Source: an uncultured Chloroflexia bacterium
GTDB lineage: Bacteria; Chloroflexota; Dehalococcoidia; DSTF01; JACRBR01
Direction of reading: 5' to 3'
Length of the DNA stretch: 64,000 nucleotides
Assembly (NCBI GenBank): GCA_963736015.1
Contig: CAVTNG010000004.1
Span: 39,920-103,919 of the forward strand
Shown here in pieces: positions 21,748 to 31,010 of this stretch; position 1 is the stretch's first letter, and every line of letters begins with the position of its first letter. The notes under the pieces are model-generated. The model was not told the origin of the DNA, did not search any database, and saw only the letters and a program-made list of their open reading frames with translations. The position numbers and the translations under genes were made by a program.

Positions 21748-22515
21748 CCGCACCGTCTCCGCCCGAGCGTAGATCTTGACTATTCGATCAACGACTTCAT
21801 ACCCGGCACGAGCCGGGACTCGCGCTTCCTATACCGCGCGATCGAAGACACGATGGTCGATCTGGTTGCGGCCCGTCCGGGGATGCGCGTGCTCGACGTG
21901 GCCTGCGGCACCGGCAAGCAGCCGATGCGCATCGCCGAGCGCCGCTGCTCCGCCGTCGGCACCGAGGCATCGGCCGAGATGATCGGGCTCGGACGCTGGA
22001 TCCATCCGGAGAGCCGCGCGCAGATGGTGCGCTCGATCGCCGAAGCGCTGCCGTTCCGCAACGAGGCATTCGACGTCGTGATGTGCCAGGGCTCGCTCGA
22101 CCACTTCGCTGATCAGGCCGCGTTCATGTCGGAGGCGGCGCGCATCACGCGCACAGGCGGCAGCGTGGTCATTGCGCTGGCGAACTTCGAGAGCCTGTCG
22201 TGCCGTCTCGGCCGTAGCCTCGATGCGCTGAAGCGGCGCCTCAACCGCCCACGGCCACCATGGCGGCGGTACTGGCAGATCCCGGAAGACCACACCGTGA
22301 AGGGCGACTTACCCTACGTCCGTGGCCTCGGCGGCCCTGTGCTTCGCCTCGAGCGCGCGTTCGGCGTTTCGCTGCTCTGGAACGCGCCCGGCTACACCTG
22401 GCTCGCGGACCACGTCCCTCCGACGCTCGCGGACCGGACCTGCGGCGCGCTCGACCGCCTGGCGCGGTCACGTCCGCAGCACGCCGACACCATCATCTCA
22501 GTTTGGCGAAAGTGA
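21741..22515 (+). CDS. Class I SAM-dependent methyltransferase, frameshift near the 5' end
   Basis: VLDVACGTG, AEALPF..EAFDVV. Confidence 0.85.
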
Positions 22516-22521
22516 TCGACG

Positions 22522-23367
22522 ATGGCCGATGACTCGCTGACGCAGGACTACGGCGCCCATCTGCTCTTCACCTTCGCACAAGTGCCTGACTCACCCATAC
22601 TGTCCAACCGATACGCACGCCTGAAGCGGTGGTTCACGATCGCGTTCGCCGAGACCTGGCTCGCGGTCTGGCTCTATCGCACGAAAGTGCGACTCCGACA
22701 CGCACATATTCCGTTCCTGCCGGGACTATGCGACGCCGCATCGCGCGCGTTATTCGACGTGCAGATTGGCGATCGCGTCGACGCTGGTCCGGGGCTGATG
22801 CTCACGCATGGCCACGTCGTAATCGACGGCCAGACGCGCATCGGGAGCGACTGCCAGGTCAACCCGTGGGTGACGATCGGGCTTTCGAACAGCAAGAAGC
22901 TGGGCTTCAGCGTCGACGGTCCCTTCATCGGCGACCACGTCCACATCGGCACCGGCGCGAAGGTGCTCGGCCCGATCACGATCGGCGACTACGCGCGCAT
23001 CGGCGCCAATGCCGTCGTAGTTCATGATGTTCCGCCGAACACGACGGTCGTCGGAATGCCCGCCCATCCGATCGCCTCCGCTACGCTCTCAACTGCACCA
23101 GATGGCTCCGGCCGAGACGAGCGCCTCGTCGCACATATGCGCTCGTCGATCACCGACTACCGGCTGCGCCGCCAGTCGCTGCGCTCGCTCGTTGACGGCC
23201 TGCTGGGGTCATTCGAGATCGCATCGGACAGGATGACCGTCGTACAGGCGAACGTGAAAGACGACCTGATCTTCCTCGACGCGATCGCCGCGACAGGAGG
23301 CGAGGAGTCGCCGCAGGTGCTCTCGGCGGTCTTGGCGATCGACAACGCCCTCGCGGCGTTCGAATAG
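22522..23367 (+). CDS. Serine O-acetyltransferase-like hexapeptide-repeat acyltransferase with C-terminal extension
   Basis: IGDHVHIGTGAKVLGPITIGDYARIGANAVVVHDVP. Confidence 0.8.
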   Translation: MADDSLTQDYGAHLLFTFAQVPDSPILSNRYARLKRWFTIAFAETWLAVWLYRTKVRLRHAHIPFLPGLCDAASRALFDVQIGDRVDAGPGLMLTHGHVVIDGQTRIGSDCQVNPWVTIGLSNSKKLGFSVDGPFIGDHVHIGTGAKVLGPITIGDYARIGANAVVVHDVPPNTTVVGMPAHPIASATLSTAPDGSGRDERLVAHMRSSITDYRLRRQSLRSLVDGLLGSFEIASDRMTVVQANVKDDLIFLDAIAATGGEESPQVLSAVLAIDNALAAFE

Positions 23368-23369
23368 CG

Positions 23370-24209
23370 TCAGGCGCAGACGGCGTCCCAGACGGTCTTG
23401 CCGAGCCGCCCGAGCGTGACGTTTCCTTCGGCGTTGCGGCCCTCGCCTGGGCCCGTACCGCCCTCGCAGAACGCCGCCATCGAAACGAAACCACGTGGAG
23501 TGCGCATGACCGCACCGCTCGTACGGACCCCGTTGACCAGCGATCCGCCCTTCTCCGCCACCCAGTTCTCGCGCGGGTTGTCGAGCATGTTCATCTCGTT
23601 CCAGGGCAGCAGCCGCGATAGCTCGGCGCGGCCCTCAAGGCGGCGCATGATTTTGAGCATGTCGTCGCATCCGGCAGCGGAGACTGCTTCGCGCCGCGCG
23701 ATGAGCTCACACAGCTTCGCGGTGTCGCCCGCGGAACTGACCCAGGTCCGCCGCAGGTCCATGCCGGGCTTCCACTCTCCCCAGCGCTGGAAGAGCGTTG
23801 TGTTCAGGAGTGTCAGTTCGCGCATCTTCTCGTTGACACGATCGACGCCGATGAGGTCCAGGCACATGTTCGTGGCTGAGTTGTCTGAAATGACGATCAT
23901 CAGCGTCGCCGCGTCTCGCACGGTCATCTCCACGCCGAACTGCATCATCGACAACACGCCCGACCCCAAACACCGGTGCTGCTCCTCGTACCGGATGCGG
24001 TCCTCGAGTCGCACGCGGCCCTCATCGATGCCCTGATAGAGCGTCACGAGAACGGGCACCTTCGCCAACGACGCGGACGGCATTACATCGTCCTCCTCGA
24101 TGCCGATATGCGCACCGGTGTGGAGATCCGTGACCGCAACGGTACACTTTCCGCTGTACTCGGCCGCGATCGCTCGTAGCGCCGGTTCGATCGTCGCCAG
24201 ATCGGTCAT
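23370..24209 (-). CDS. Class A beta-lactamase-like serine hydrolase
   Basis: SLAK (SxxK), SDN, KGG in place of KTG. Confidence 0.85.
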   Translation of the reverse strand: MTDLATIEPALRAIAAEYSGKCTVAVTDLHTGAHIGIEEDDVMPSASLAKVPVLVTLYQGIDEGRVRLEDRIRYEEQHRCLGSGVLSMMQFGVEMTVRDAATLMIVISDNSATNMCLDLIGVDRVNEKMRELTLLNTTLFQRWGEWKPGMDLRRTWVSSAGDTAKLCELIARREAVSAAGCDDMLKIMRRLEGRAELSRLLPWNEMNMLDNPRENWVAEKGGSLVNGVRTSGAVMRTPRGFVSMAAFCEGGTGPGEGRNAEGNVTLGRLGKTVWDAVCA

Positions 24210-24246
24210 CGTGCGTGCACGATTATCAAGCGGCATACACGCGGCC

Positions 24247-24672
24247 TCACTTCACGACTCCGGCTTCGAGCTCCTGGAGCGTGTACTCGACCTGCTCGTC
24301 TTTGAGATCGGGGTCGTACGCCGGATCAGGGTAGTTTACGAGCCAAGCCTCTTCGTCTCCGACATTCTCGAGGCCAGTTGGCACGTTGGCAGGGATATAG
24401 AGTCGCTGCGGCTCGCGCGCATCGAGCAGGTGCTCCTCGCGCACACCGTTCACGTACAGGATGATCTTCATCTGGCCCTTCAGGCAGACATAGCGTGCCG
24501 CCCGGACGCGATGCAGATGGTAGCCCTTGAATGCGCCCACTGCGGCCGCAGTAAGGTAGCCCGTGGTCTTGCGGCCGTCCTTCCACAGCTCGATGAGCCA
24601 GCCGTTCTCGTTTCCGTCGGCGTCATACGTGACGACCTTCTTCGCCGGCTCTTCGGCCACGCGATCGATCAT
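24247..24672 (-). CDS. Cupin of the dTDP-4-dehydrorhamnose 3,5-epimerase (RmlC/WxcM-like) family
   Basis: GWLIEL, KGYHLH, LYIPANVPTG, YDP..DE. Confidence 0.7.
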   Translation of the reverse strand: MIDRVAEEPAKKVVTYDADGNENGWLIELWKDGRKTTGYLTAAAVGAFKGYHLHRVRAARYVCLKGQMKIILYVNGVREEHLLDAREPQRLYIPANVPTGLENVGDEEAWLVNYPDPAYDPDLKDEQVEYTLQELEAGVVK

Positions 24673-24714
24673 CGAGGTGCGTCCATGAGGGGATCAGAAC
24701 CCTTGCTCGCCGCG

Positions 24715-25230
24715 CTAGCGTCGCGAGGCCGCGAGTGCCGTCGGCTGTCGGGGAAGGACGTTCATCGTCGCGGCCGGGAACAGGCTGCGCACTGGCTTGA
24801 GGATGATGTTCGTTTCGGCTTTGAGGATGCCCTGGATGCCCGCGAGCGTCTGCGTCATGAAGTCGGTCAGTTCGTCGTTGCTCGGGAAGAACGCCAGCGC
24901 GATGATATCGGCGTTGCCCGTCGTGTAACCGACGTAGACGACACCCTCGACGCTTGCAATCCGCTCAGCAATATCCGTGATCCGCGCCAGCTCCGCCGAA
25001 ATGCTGATGACCGCCGCGGTGTTAAGCCCGAGCTTGGCCGGATTTGTAACGCCCACGATGCGTAGCACATCGTCGCGGATCAGACGCTCGATCCTGTTGC
25101 GGACGGTACCCTCGGACACTCCGACCGTCTCGGCAATCTCGCGGTTGGTCGCGCGCCCGTTGTTTTCTAGAATGCTGAGAATGTGCTGATCGACGGCGTC
25201 TGGTTTCTGAAACGGCAAAATACGCCTCAC
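24715..25230 (-). CDS. Lrp/AsnC transcriptional regulator
   Basis: D..D..IL..LE.NGR..NREIAETVGVSEGTVRNRIERL; TTG.AD. Confidence 0.9.
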   Translation of the reverse strand: MRRILPFQKPDAVDQHILSILENNGRATNREIAETVGVSEGTVRNRIERLIRDDVLRIVGVTNPAKLGLNTAAVISISAELARITDIAERIASVEGVVYVGYTTGNADIIALAFFPSNDELTDFMTQTLAGIQGILKAETNIILKPVRSLFPAATMNVLPRQPTALAASRR

Positions 25231-25253
25231 TCTTCCAGCGCTTTCGGTAACGC

Positions 25254-25282
25254 ACGATAGGCAGGGCTGATCGCAGTGTCAA
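25254..25282 (-). promoter_or_regulatory. Sigma70 promoter of the Lrp/AsnC gene
   Basis: TTGACA-N17-TATCGT. Confidence 0.65.
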
Positions 25283-25388
25283 GCGCCGACCGCCTCGTTC
25301 GAAGGTCAAAGGTTAACCTCGCGATCGATATTGCAACGCCGGTTGACGCTCCGCGCCGACGATGTGTGACGCTCTTCGGCGTCACTCG

Positions 25389-27036
25389 ATGACCGCAGCG
25401 CCGGATCCACGATCGCCGTTCCTCGCGGGTACGGTCTCGCGGCGGCAAATGCTCGGAGCCTGCGGCGCCACGGGCATCGCCGCTGGCCTCCTCGCGTCGG
25501 GTTGTGGTCGCGGCAAGACCCGAACAACCGCACGTTCTGGTGGAACACTGCGCGTAGCGACCGCGGTGCCCATCGCGTCTGGGCTCGATCCGCACATCGA
25601 GAGCGGCACCGGCCTGCGCATCTTCCCGCGCATCTACGGGTACACGCATCACATCAACCCCGACGACGACTCGCTACTCCTCGACCAGGCCGAAAGCGTC
25701 GAACAGCCCGATGGCACCACCATCGTCATCAAACTTCGCGGCGATGTGCGTTTCCACGACATAGCGCCGGTCAGCGGGCGCACCGTCAGGGCGTCCGACG
25801 TGGCCGCATCTGTCGAGCGCTATCGCGACAACCCGCTCGTCGTAAACAAGGCCTGGTATGCGCAGATCCTCGATCGTGTCGAGGCGCCCGACGACCGCAC
25901 CGTCATCGTTCGCACGAAGCAGCCGTATGCTTACTCACTACACGAGTTGGGCGCCGTCGGCTCCGGCGCGATCCTTCCGGCGGAACTCATCGCCGCGAAC
26001 ACCGATCTCTCGGCGTTCGGGATCGGCAGTGGCCCCTTCACGCTCGAAGAGACGTCCGGACTCGAACACGCACGCCTCGCACGCTATGCCGGCTACTTCC
26101 GCTCGGCACTGCCCTATCTCGATGCGATGGAGTGGCAGGTCTTCGACAGCAATGAAGCCAAGGTCGACGCGTTCCTCGCCGGCGACGCCGAGGAGATCAC
26201 GAACCGCGACCGAACCGAGCACGAGGAGGTACTGAGCGCGAGCGGTGATTCGCAGGCGTCCGCCGTGCCGGCGCTCGGCTATCTCTCGCTCGGCCTGCGC
26301 CTCGATCGGCCGCCGTTCAACGACGCTCGTGTGCGCGAGGCGGTGGAATGGGCGCTGGATCGCGACGAGCTCATCCGCGAGATGGTCGGCGGCGATGGCG
26401 ACGTACTCGGTCCGGTGAACGGACACCTGGCCGGTGGTTACTGGTCACTGAGCGACGACGAGATCGCTGCCGCACAGGGAACGGCAGCGCCGCCCGAGCA
26501 TCGTCGCGAGCAGGCACGCGCTGCGATCAGCGCCGCGGGAGCGGGCACGACTCCCGTAGCGCTACAGGTCGCTGATCATCCGCAGCTGATCGACGTGGCG
26601 ACGCTCGTCCGGGACCAGTTGGGTCGCGTCGGCCTCGACGTGCGTCTCGAACCGCACGATGAATTGACCTGGTATGTGAACTATCGCGGCGGCCATTTCG
26701 ACGCCACGCTGATCAGCCAACCGCCGTACGAGTGGCCCGATGCGCCGACGCGTCTTTATCACTCTGGCGGGCTCGACGGTACGGGCAGTCCGTTCGGCTT
26801 CAGTGACCCCGCGATCGACTGGCTCGTCGCGCGCTCATGGGGCGAAGCGGATCGCGATCAGCGCCGCGCGGACGCTCGTCGAAGCGCAGCGCTTGATGCT
26901 TACCGCTCGCCCAATGCTCCAACTCTTCACGACCACCGCCTACGCTGTGGCCGCGCGTAACGTGCGAAACTGGCGGCCCGAAGTGCCGGGCAGCATCGCG
27001 CAGTACAACTACGAGCAGTGGCTTGACCGCACGTAG
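25389..27036 (+). CDS. ABC transporter family-5 substrate-binding Tat lipoprotein, frameshift near the 3' end
   Basis: SRRQML Tat motif, LASGC lipobox, LRGDVRFHD, GSGPF, PPFNDARVR. Confidence 0.85.
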
Positions 27037-27046
27037 CACAACCAAA

Positions 27047-27075
27047 TTGACACCCTTCCGGGCCATCCCTAGAAT
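27047..27075 (+). promoter_or_regulatory. Consensus sigma70 promoter of tRNA-Asp
   Basis: TTGACA-N17-TAGAAT. Confidence 0.85.
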
Positions 27076-27120
27076 GAATCGCGCCCGAGGCCAAGGCTGA
27101 CGGTGCACCTCACCCGGCGC

Positions 27121-27197
27121 GGCCCCGTGGTGTAGCGGTCTAACATGCCACCCTGTCACGGTGGAGATCGAGGGTTCGAATCCCTTCGGGGTCGCCA
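27121..27197 (+). tRNA. tRNA-Asp(GTC)
   Basis: Acceptor GGCCCCG/CGGGGTC, anticodon arm CCACC-CTGTCAC-GGTGG, TTCGAAT loop, encoded CCA. Confidence 0.97.
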
Positions 27198-27209
27198 GAC
27201 TTCAATTAC

Positions 27210-27718
27210 ATGTCCACACACCGCACGCTCATCCCCTCGGCTATCGCCGTCCTCGCCTCAACGCCGTCCGTAATGCGAGCGATGCTCCAGACTCTACCCG
27301 ACGATCTCGTGACCGCGACGGGACGGGAAGGATAGTCGGCGCGAGATGTCGTTGCTCACCTCGCCGCGCGACAAGAACCGGCAATCGTCGCGCGCGTCAG
27401 CGCCATTCTGCGGAAGCCCGGCGCGCCGATACCGGATGTTCCGGCGATCTCATGGACGTCGAGCCATACCGCGACCGCCCCCTCGATGACCTCCTCGAGG
27501 AGTTCGCTCGGGGGCGTGAGTCCGCAGTAGAGCTACTCAATAGCGTGACAGCGGAGCAGTCGCAGCTTCGCGGTGTTCACTCGGCTGTCGGCGAGATCAC
27601 CGTCGCCGACATCATCCACCACGTCGCCTATCACGACCTCGTTCACATCGCGCAGATGGCGAACCTCGCGTACCGCCCACTCGAACCGTTGCGCGGTTCC
27701 ATGCGACCATTTCGATAG
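27210..27718 (+). pseudogene. DinB/YfiT-like four-helix protein with in-frame TAG and a frameshift
   Basis: EG*SARDVVAHL matches the WSxxDVxAHL motif (TGG to TAG); C-terminal HVAYHDLVHIAQ. Confidence 0.6.
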
Positions 27719-27733
27719 CACGCCACTGTCGAT

Positions 27734-27795
27734 GCCGTCGTACAGGAGCATGACCGGCGTGCGGTACTTGACGGCGATCCGCCAGGCTCGATGGC
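27734..27795 (-). pseudogene. Isolated fragment resembling 2-oxoacid:ferredoxin oxidoreductase alpha subunit
   Basis: Reads AIE(A)WRIAVKYRTPVMLLYDG with one base missing. Confidence 0.5.
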
Positions 27796-27946
27796 ACGTG
27801 GTAGGGCGTGGCGAACATGTTCGCGCTCGGCATCATGTGCACCTCGTGCTGCAGTCAGCCGCGAGGCTCGCAAGGCCTGACCCCCGCGGGCTTTGTCCGC
27901 TCCATGTCGATAGCTCCAATCCGTCGACTCGCCTACACTCGAGGCG

Positions 27947-28813
27947 ATGGCTCCGGCGAAGCGAGATCCCCTCGAACGGCTCCTGAAGCAGCTTGACCTC
28001 GAGCGGCTTGACCGCGACATGTTCCTCGGCGATCCCGGTGAGGGCATGTTTCGGCTCTTCGGCGGGCTCGTCGCAGCTCAGTCCGTCATCGCCGCCTATC
28101 GCACCGTTGAGAAGGGCACACTGCACTCGCTGCACGCCTACTTCCTACGGCCGGGGCGATACGACGTGCCGATCCGCTATGTCGTCTACCGCATCCGCGA
28201 CGGCCGCACGTTTACGACACGCGACGTCGTTGCGTATCAGTCGGGCGAAGCGATCTTCAACCTCTCGAGCAGCTTCGCAAGGCCTGAAGAAGGCGTCTCA
28301 CACCAGGAGATCGCGCCCGATGTGCCGCCGCCGGACGACCTGCCGCCCTGGGAGTTCGCGCGCCCGGACCGGCACGACGAGCAGGAGATGATGCGCCGCT
28401 TCGAGCGGGAGAGCCCCGTAGAGATGCGCGCCATCGATCCGGCGAGCATGCCGGACGACGACGACATCCCTCGCCGGCGCGTCTGGATGCGCGTGCGAGG
28501 CGAGTTGCCTGACGATCCCGCGATCCACGCCGGCATGCTCGCCTACGCAAGCGATCGCGGCCTGATCGCGACCGCGCGACTCCCGCACAACATCGCGCGC
28601 GGCCAGTGGTCGGGCGCCAGCCTCGACCACGCGATCTGGTTCCACCATGAGCCGCGTTTCGACGGCTGGATCCTGTTCACGAGCGAGAGCCCAATCGCCC
28701 ACGCCGCGCGCGCCCTCATCTTCGGGCAGATGTACTCGCCGGAGGGCGTGCGCGTCGCGTCCGTCGTGCAGGAAGGACTGATCCGCACGCCGCGCGCGGC
28801 ACCACCGAAGTGA
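27947..28813 (+). CDS. tesB: Acyl-CoA thioesterase II
   Basis: LFGG..AAQS, HSLHAYFLRPG, RDGRTF, AYASD, SLDHAIWFH, QEGL. Confidence 0.92.
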   Translation: MAPAKRDPLERLLKQLDLERLDRDMFLGDPGEGMFRLFGGLVAAQSVIAAYRTVEKGTLHSLHAYFLRPGRYDVPIRYVVYRIRDGRTFTTRDVVAYQSGEAIFNLSSSFARPEEGVSHQEIAPDVPPPDDLPPWEFARPDRHDEQEMMRRFERESPVEMRAIDPASMPDDDDIPRRRVWMRVRGELPDDPAIHAGMLAYASDRGLIATARLPHNIARGQWSGASLDHAIWFHHEPRFDGWILFTSESPIAHAARALIFGQMYSPEGVRVASVVQEGLIRTPRAAPPK

Positions 28814-29592
28814 CCTCCGTCGACGCCGCATCCCTCGACGCCGCCGCCGACGCTTTGTATGCCGCCCGATACGCCATCGCACTCGTCGGCGCGGGCATCA
28901 GCGTAGAGTCGGGGATCCCGCCGTTCCGCGGCCCCGGCGGCCTGTGGACGAAGCACGGCGAGCCGCCGATGGATGGCTACCAGCGCTTCCTGGCGAACCC
29001 CGAGGGCGCGTGGCGCGACATGCTCGCCCATCGCGAATCGAACGACGAGTTCGCTGTCGCGCTGCGGCAGGCCGTGCCGAACGAGGGCCACCTCGCGCTC
29101 GCGCGGCTCGAGTCGATCGGCGTGCTGAAACACACGATCACGCAGAACATCGACAACCTGCACTTCGATGCGGGGAGCGTCGCCGTCAGCGAAATCCATG
29201 GCAACCGCACGAAGCTGCGGTGCGTCGACTGCGAGCGGCGCAGGCCGGCCGCTGACGTCGACGTCTCGGTGTTGCCGCCGGTGTGCCCCGACTGCGGCGG
29301 CCTCATCAAGGGCGACACAGTGATGTTCGGGGAGCCGATCCCCAGATCGGTGCTGCGCGAATGCCAGACGCAGGCCGAGCGCGCGGATTGCATCCTCATC
29401 GCCGGCACGTCGGCGACGGTGACGCCGGCGGCGTGGTTCCCGGAGCTGGTCCTCGAACGTGGCGGCACGTTGATTGAGGTAAACCCGGATGCCACGCCGT
29501 TTTCCCGGCTGGCCGTGGCAGGGCTCCGTGCGCCCGCAGGGCAGGTGCTCCCCATGCTTGTTGCTGCGGTCGAAGCGCGATCGCAACAGTAG
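28810..29592 (+). CDS. NAD-dependent protein deacylase (sirtuin)
   Basis: GAGISVESGIPPFRG, TQNIDNLH, HG, two CxxC, GTS. Confidence 0.92.
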   Translation: MTSVDAASLDAAADALYAARYAIALVGAGISVESGIPPFRGPGGLWTKHGEPPMDGYQRFLANPEGAWRDMLAHRESNDEFAVALRQAVPNEGHLALARLESIGVLKHTITQNIDNLHFDAGSVAVSEIHGNRTKLRCVDCERRRPAADVDVSVLPPVCPDCGGLIKGDTVMFGEPIPRSVLRECQTQAERADCILIAGTSATVTPAAWFPELVLERGGTLIEVNPDATPFSRLAVAGLRAPAGQVLPMLVAAVEARSQQ

Positions 29593-29688
29593 GACGCATC
29601 CGCGCCTGCATAGCGGCGGTCGGGCGCCGCCCGACGCCCGGTTATACTGAGTGGCTGCGCCCGTCAATTACGGGCCCGTAGGAGCCGA

Positions 29689-30549
29689 ATGCGCGTCATC
29701 AAGGCCCGAGAGCTCGGATTCTGCATGGGCGTCCGCCGCGCCGTCGAGATGATGGAGGACGCCTCGGGGGAGCTGGGCCCGATTACCAGCCTGGGATCCG
29801 TTGTCCACAACCCGCAGGTCGTCGAAGGCCTGCGCGGGCGCGGCGTCGAAGTTATCGCCACGCTCGAGGCCGTCGACACGCGCCCGGTCGCCATCACAGC
29901 CCACGGCGTCGGACCGCAGGTCGTGCAGGAACTCGAACGCCGCGGCGCGACCGTCGTCGATACCACTTGCCCGATCGTCACCCGCGCGCAGCAGTGGGCG
30001 CGCAAGCTTGCGGACGAGGGCTTCGGCGTGATCGTCTTCGGAGATCCGGACCACAAGGAGGTTCGCGGCATCCTCGGCTGGGCCGAGGGCAAGGTCATCA
30101 CCATGAGGTCTGCGTCGGAGCTCCATGCGCCGTTCCCGGACTGGATGCCGTCGCGCATCGGCGTCCTGTCACAGACCACCGAGACCGAGGGGCACTTTGC
30201 GGACTTCGTGCAGACACTCCTGAGCGTCCACATGGACCGCATCAGCGAGCTTCGTGTGATCAATACGCTCTGCAACGCGACGACGAGCCAGCAGGCGGCC
30301 ACACAGGAGCTGGCGCGGGAGTGCAGCCTCGTGATCGTCGTCGGTGGGCGCGAGAGCGCGAATACGCGCCACCTCGCCGAAGTCGCGCGCGAACAGGGCG
30401 TTGAGACCTATCAGATCGAGTCGGCCGACGAGATCGAGCCGGCGTGGCTCAGCGGCCGCGGGACCGTCGGCGTTGCCGCAGGCGCATCGACGCCAGACGC
30501 TGTGATCGATGCAGTTGTCGGGAGACTCGAGGCGCTCGCGCCGGTTTGA
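29689..30549 (+). CDS. ispH: 4-hydroxy-3-methylbut-2-enyl diphosphate reductase
   Basis: GFCMGVRRA, VHN, AHG, DTTCP, SQTT, TLCNAT, SANT, AGASTP. Confidence 0.95.
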   Translation: MRVIKARELGFCMGVRRAVEMMEDASGELGPITSLGSVVHNPQVVEGLRGRGVEVIATLEAVDTRPVAITAHGVGPQVVQELERRGATVVDTTCPIVTRAQQWARKLADEGFGVIVFGDPDHKEVRGILGWAEGKVITMRSASELHAPFPDWMPSRIGVLSQTTETEGHFADFVQTLLSVHMDRISELRVINTLCNATTSQQAATQELARECSLVIVVGGRESANTRHLAEVAREQGVETYQIESADEIEPAWLSGRGTVGVAAGASTPDAVIDAVVGRLEALAPV

Positions 30550-30554
30550 GCCCG

Positions 30555-31010
30555 ATGATGACCCTTGACGACCGCGAAGCGATGCTGAGCCGAGGCGACG
30601 CGCGCTGGGAGCGTCTGCGCGCCGCGCTCGATGAGCGGATCGGCACGGGGGCGTACGCGACGCACGCCTGGACCGGCCACGACGTCTACGCACACTTCGG
30701 ACGCTGGCAAGCGCATGCGCAGGGTGAGCTCAGACGCGTACTCGCCGGCGAACGGCTGAGCCCGGTCGACGGCGACGAGAACGCCATCAACGACGCGTGG
30801 ATCGCGGAGGACCGCGCGCTCCCAACGAGCGTCGTCCGCGACCGCTGCCTGCGCACGAGGCAGGAGCTGCGCGATGCGCTGACGACGCTGACGCCGGAGC
30901 AGTGGGACCGCTTCGGCCGCCTCATCTCTCCGGACATCAACGGCTCTCCGGACATCAACGGCGAGCACTACGAAGCTCACCTTGCTGACCTCGTACCGGA
31001 GGCGACGTGA
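30555..31010 (+). CDS. DinB-superfamily (MDMPI-N/ClbS-like) protein
   Basis: WTGHDVYAHFGRW and C-terminal HYEAH. Confidence 0.7.
   Translation: MMTLDDREAMLSRGDARWERLRAALDERIGTGAYATHAWTGHDVYAHFGRWQAHAQGELRRVLAGERLSPVDGDENAINDAWIAEDRALPTSVVRDRCLRTRQELRDALTTLTPEQWDRFGRLISPDINGSPDINGEHYEAHLADLVPEAT
30926..30962 (+). repeat. Exact 18-bp tandem duplication (SPDING twice)
   Basis: CTCTCCGGACATCAACGG twice, in frame. Confidence 0.9.

Noticed and set aside
23370-24209. Antibiotic-resistance beta-lactamase
   Set aside because: KGG motif and no clear Omega-loop ExxLN or signal peptide; only family-level similarity is supported
27121-27197. Integrated element at tRNA-Asp
   Set aside because: No duplicated tRNA 3' end or adjacent integrase was found in the window
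27330-27336. In-frame TAG as pyrrolysine or stop reassignment
   Set aside because: It replaces a conserved Trp by one substitution; TAG ends many genes here and no pyl genes are present
27811-27824. CGAACATGTTCG as a LexA box
   Set aside because: Spacer is 2 nt instead of the 4 nt of GAAC-N4-GTTC
28810-29592. Sirtuin as an anti-phage SIR2 effector
   Set aside because: Canonical Zn-binding deacylase in a housekeeping context with no defence partner
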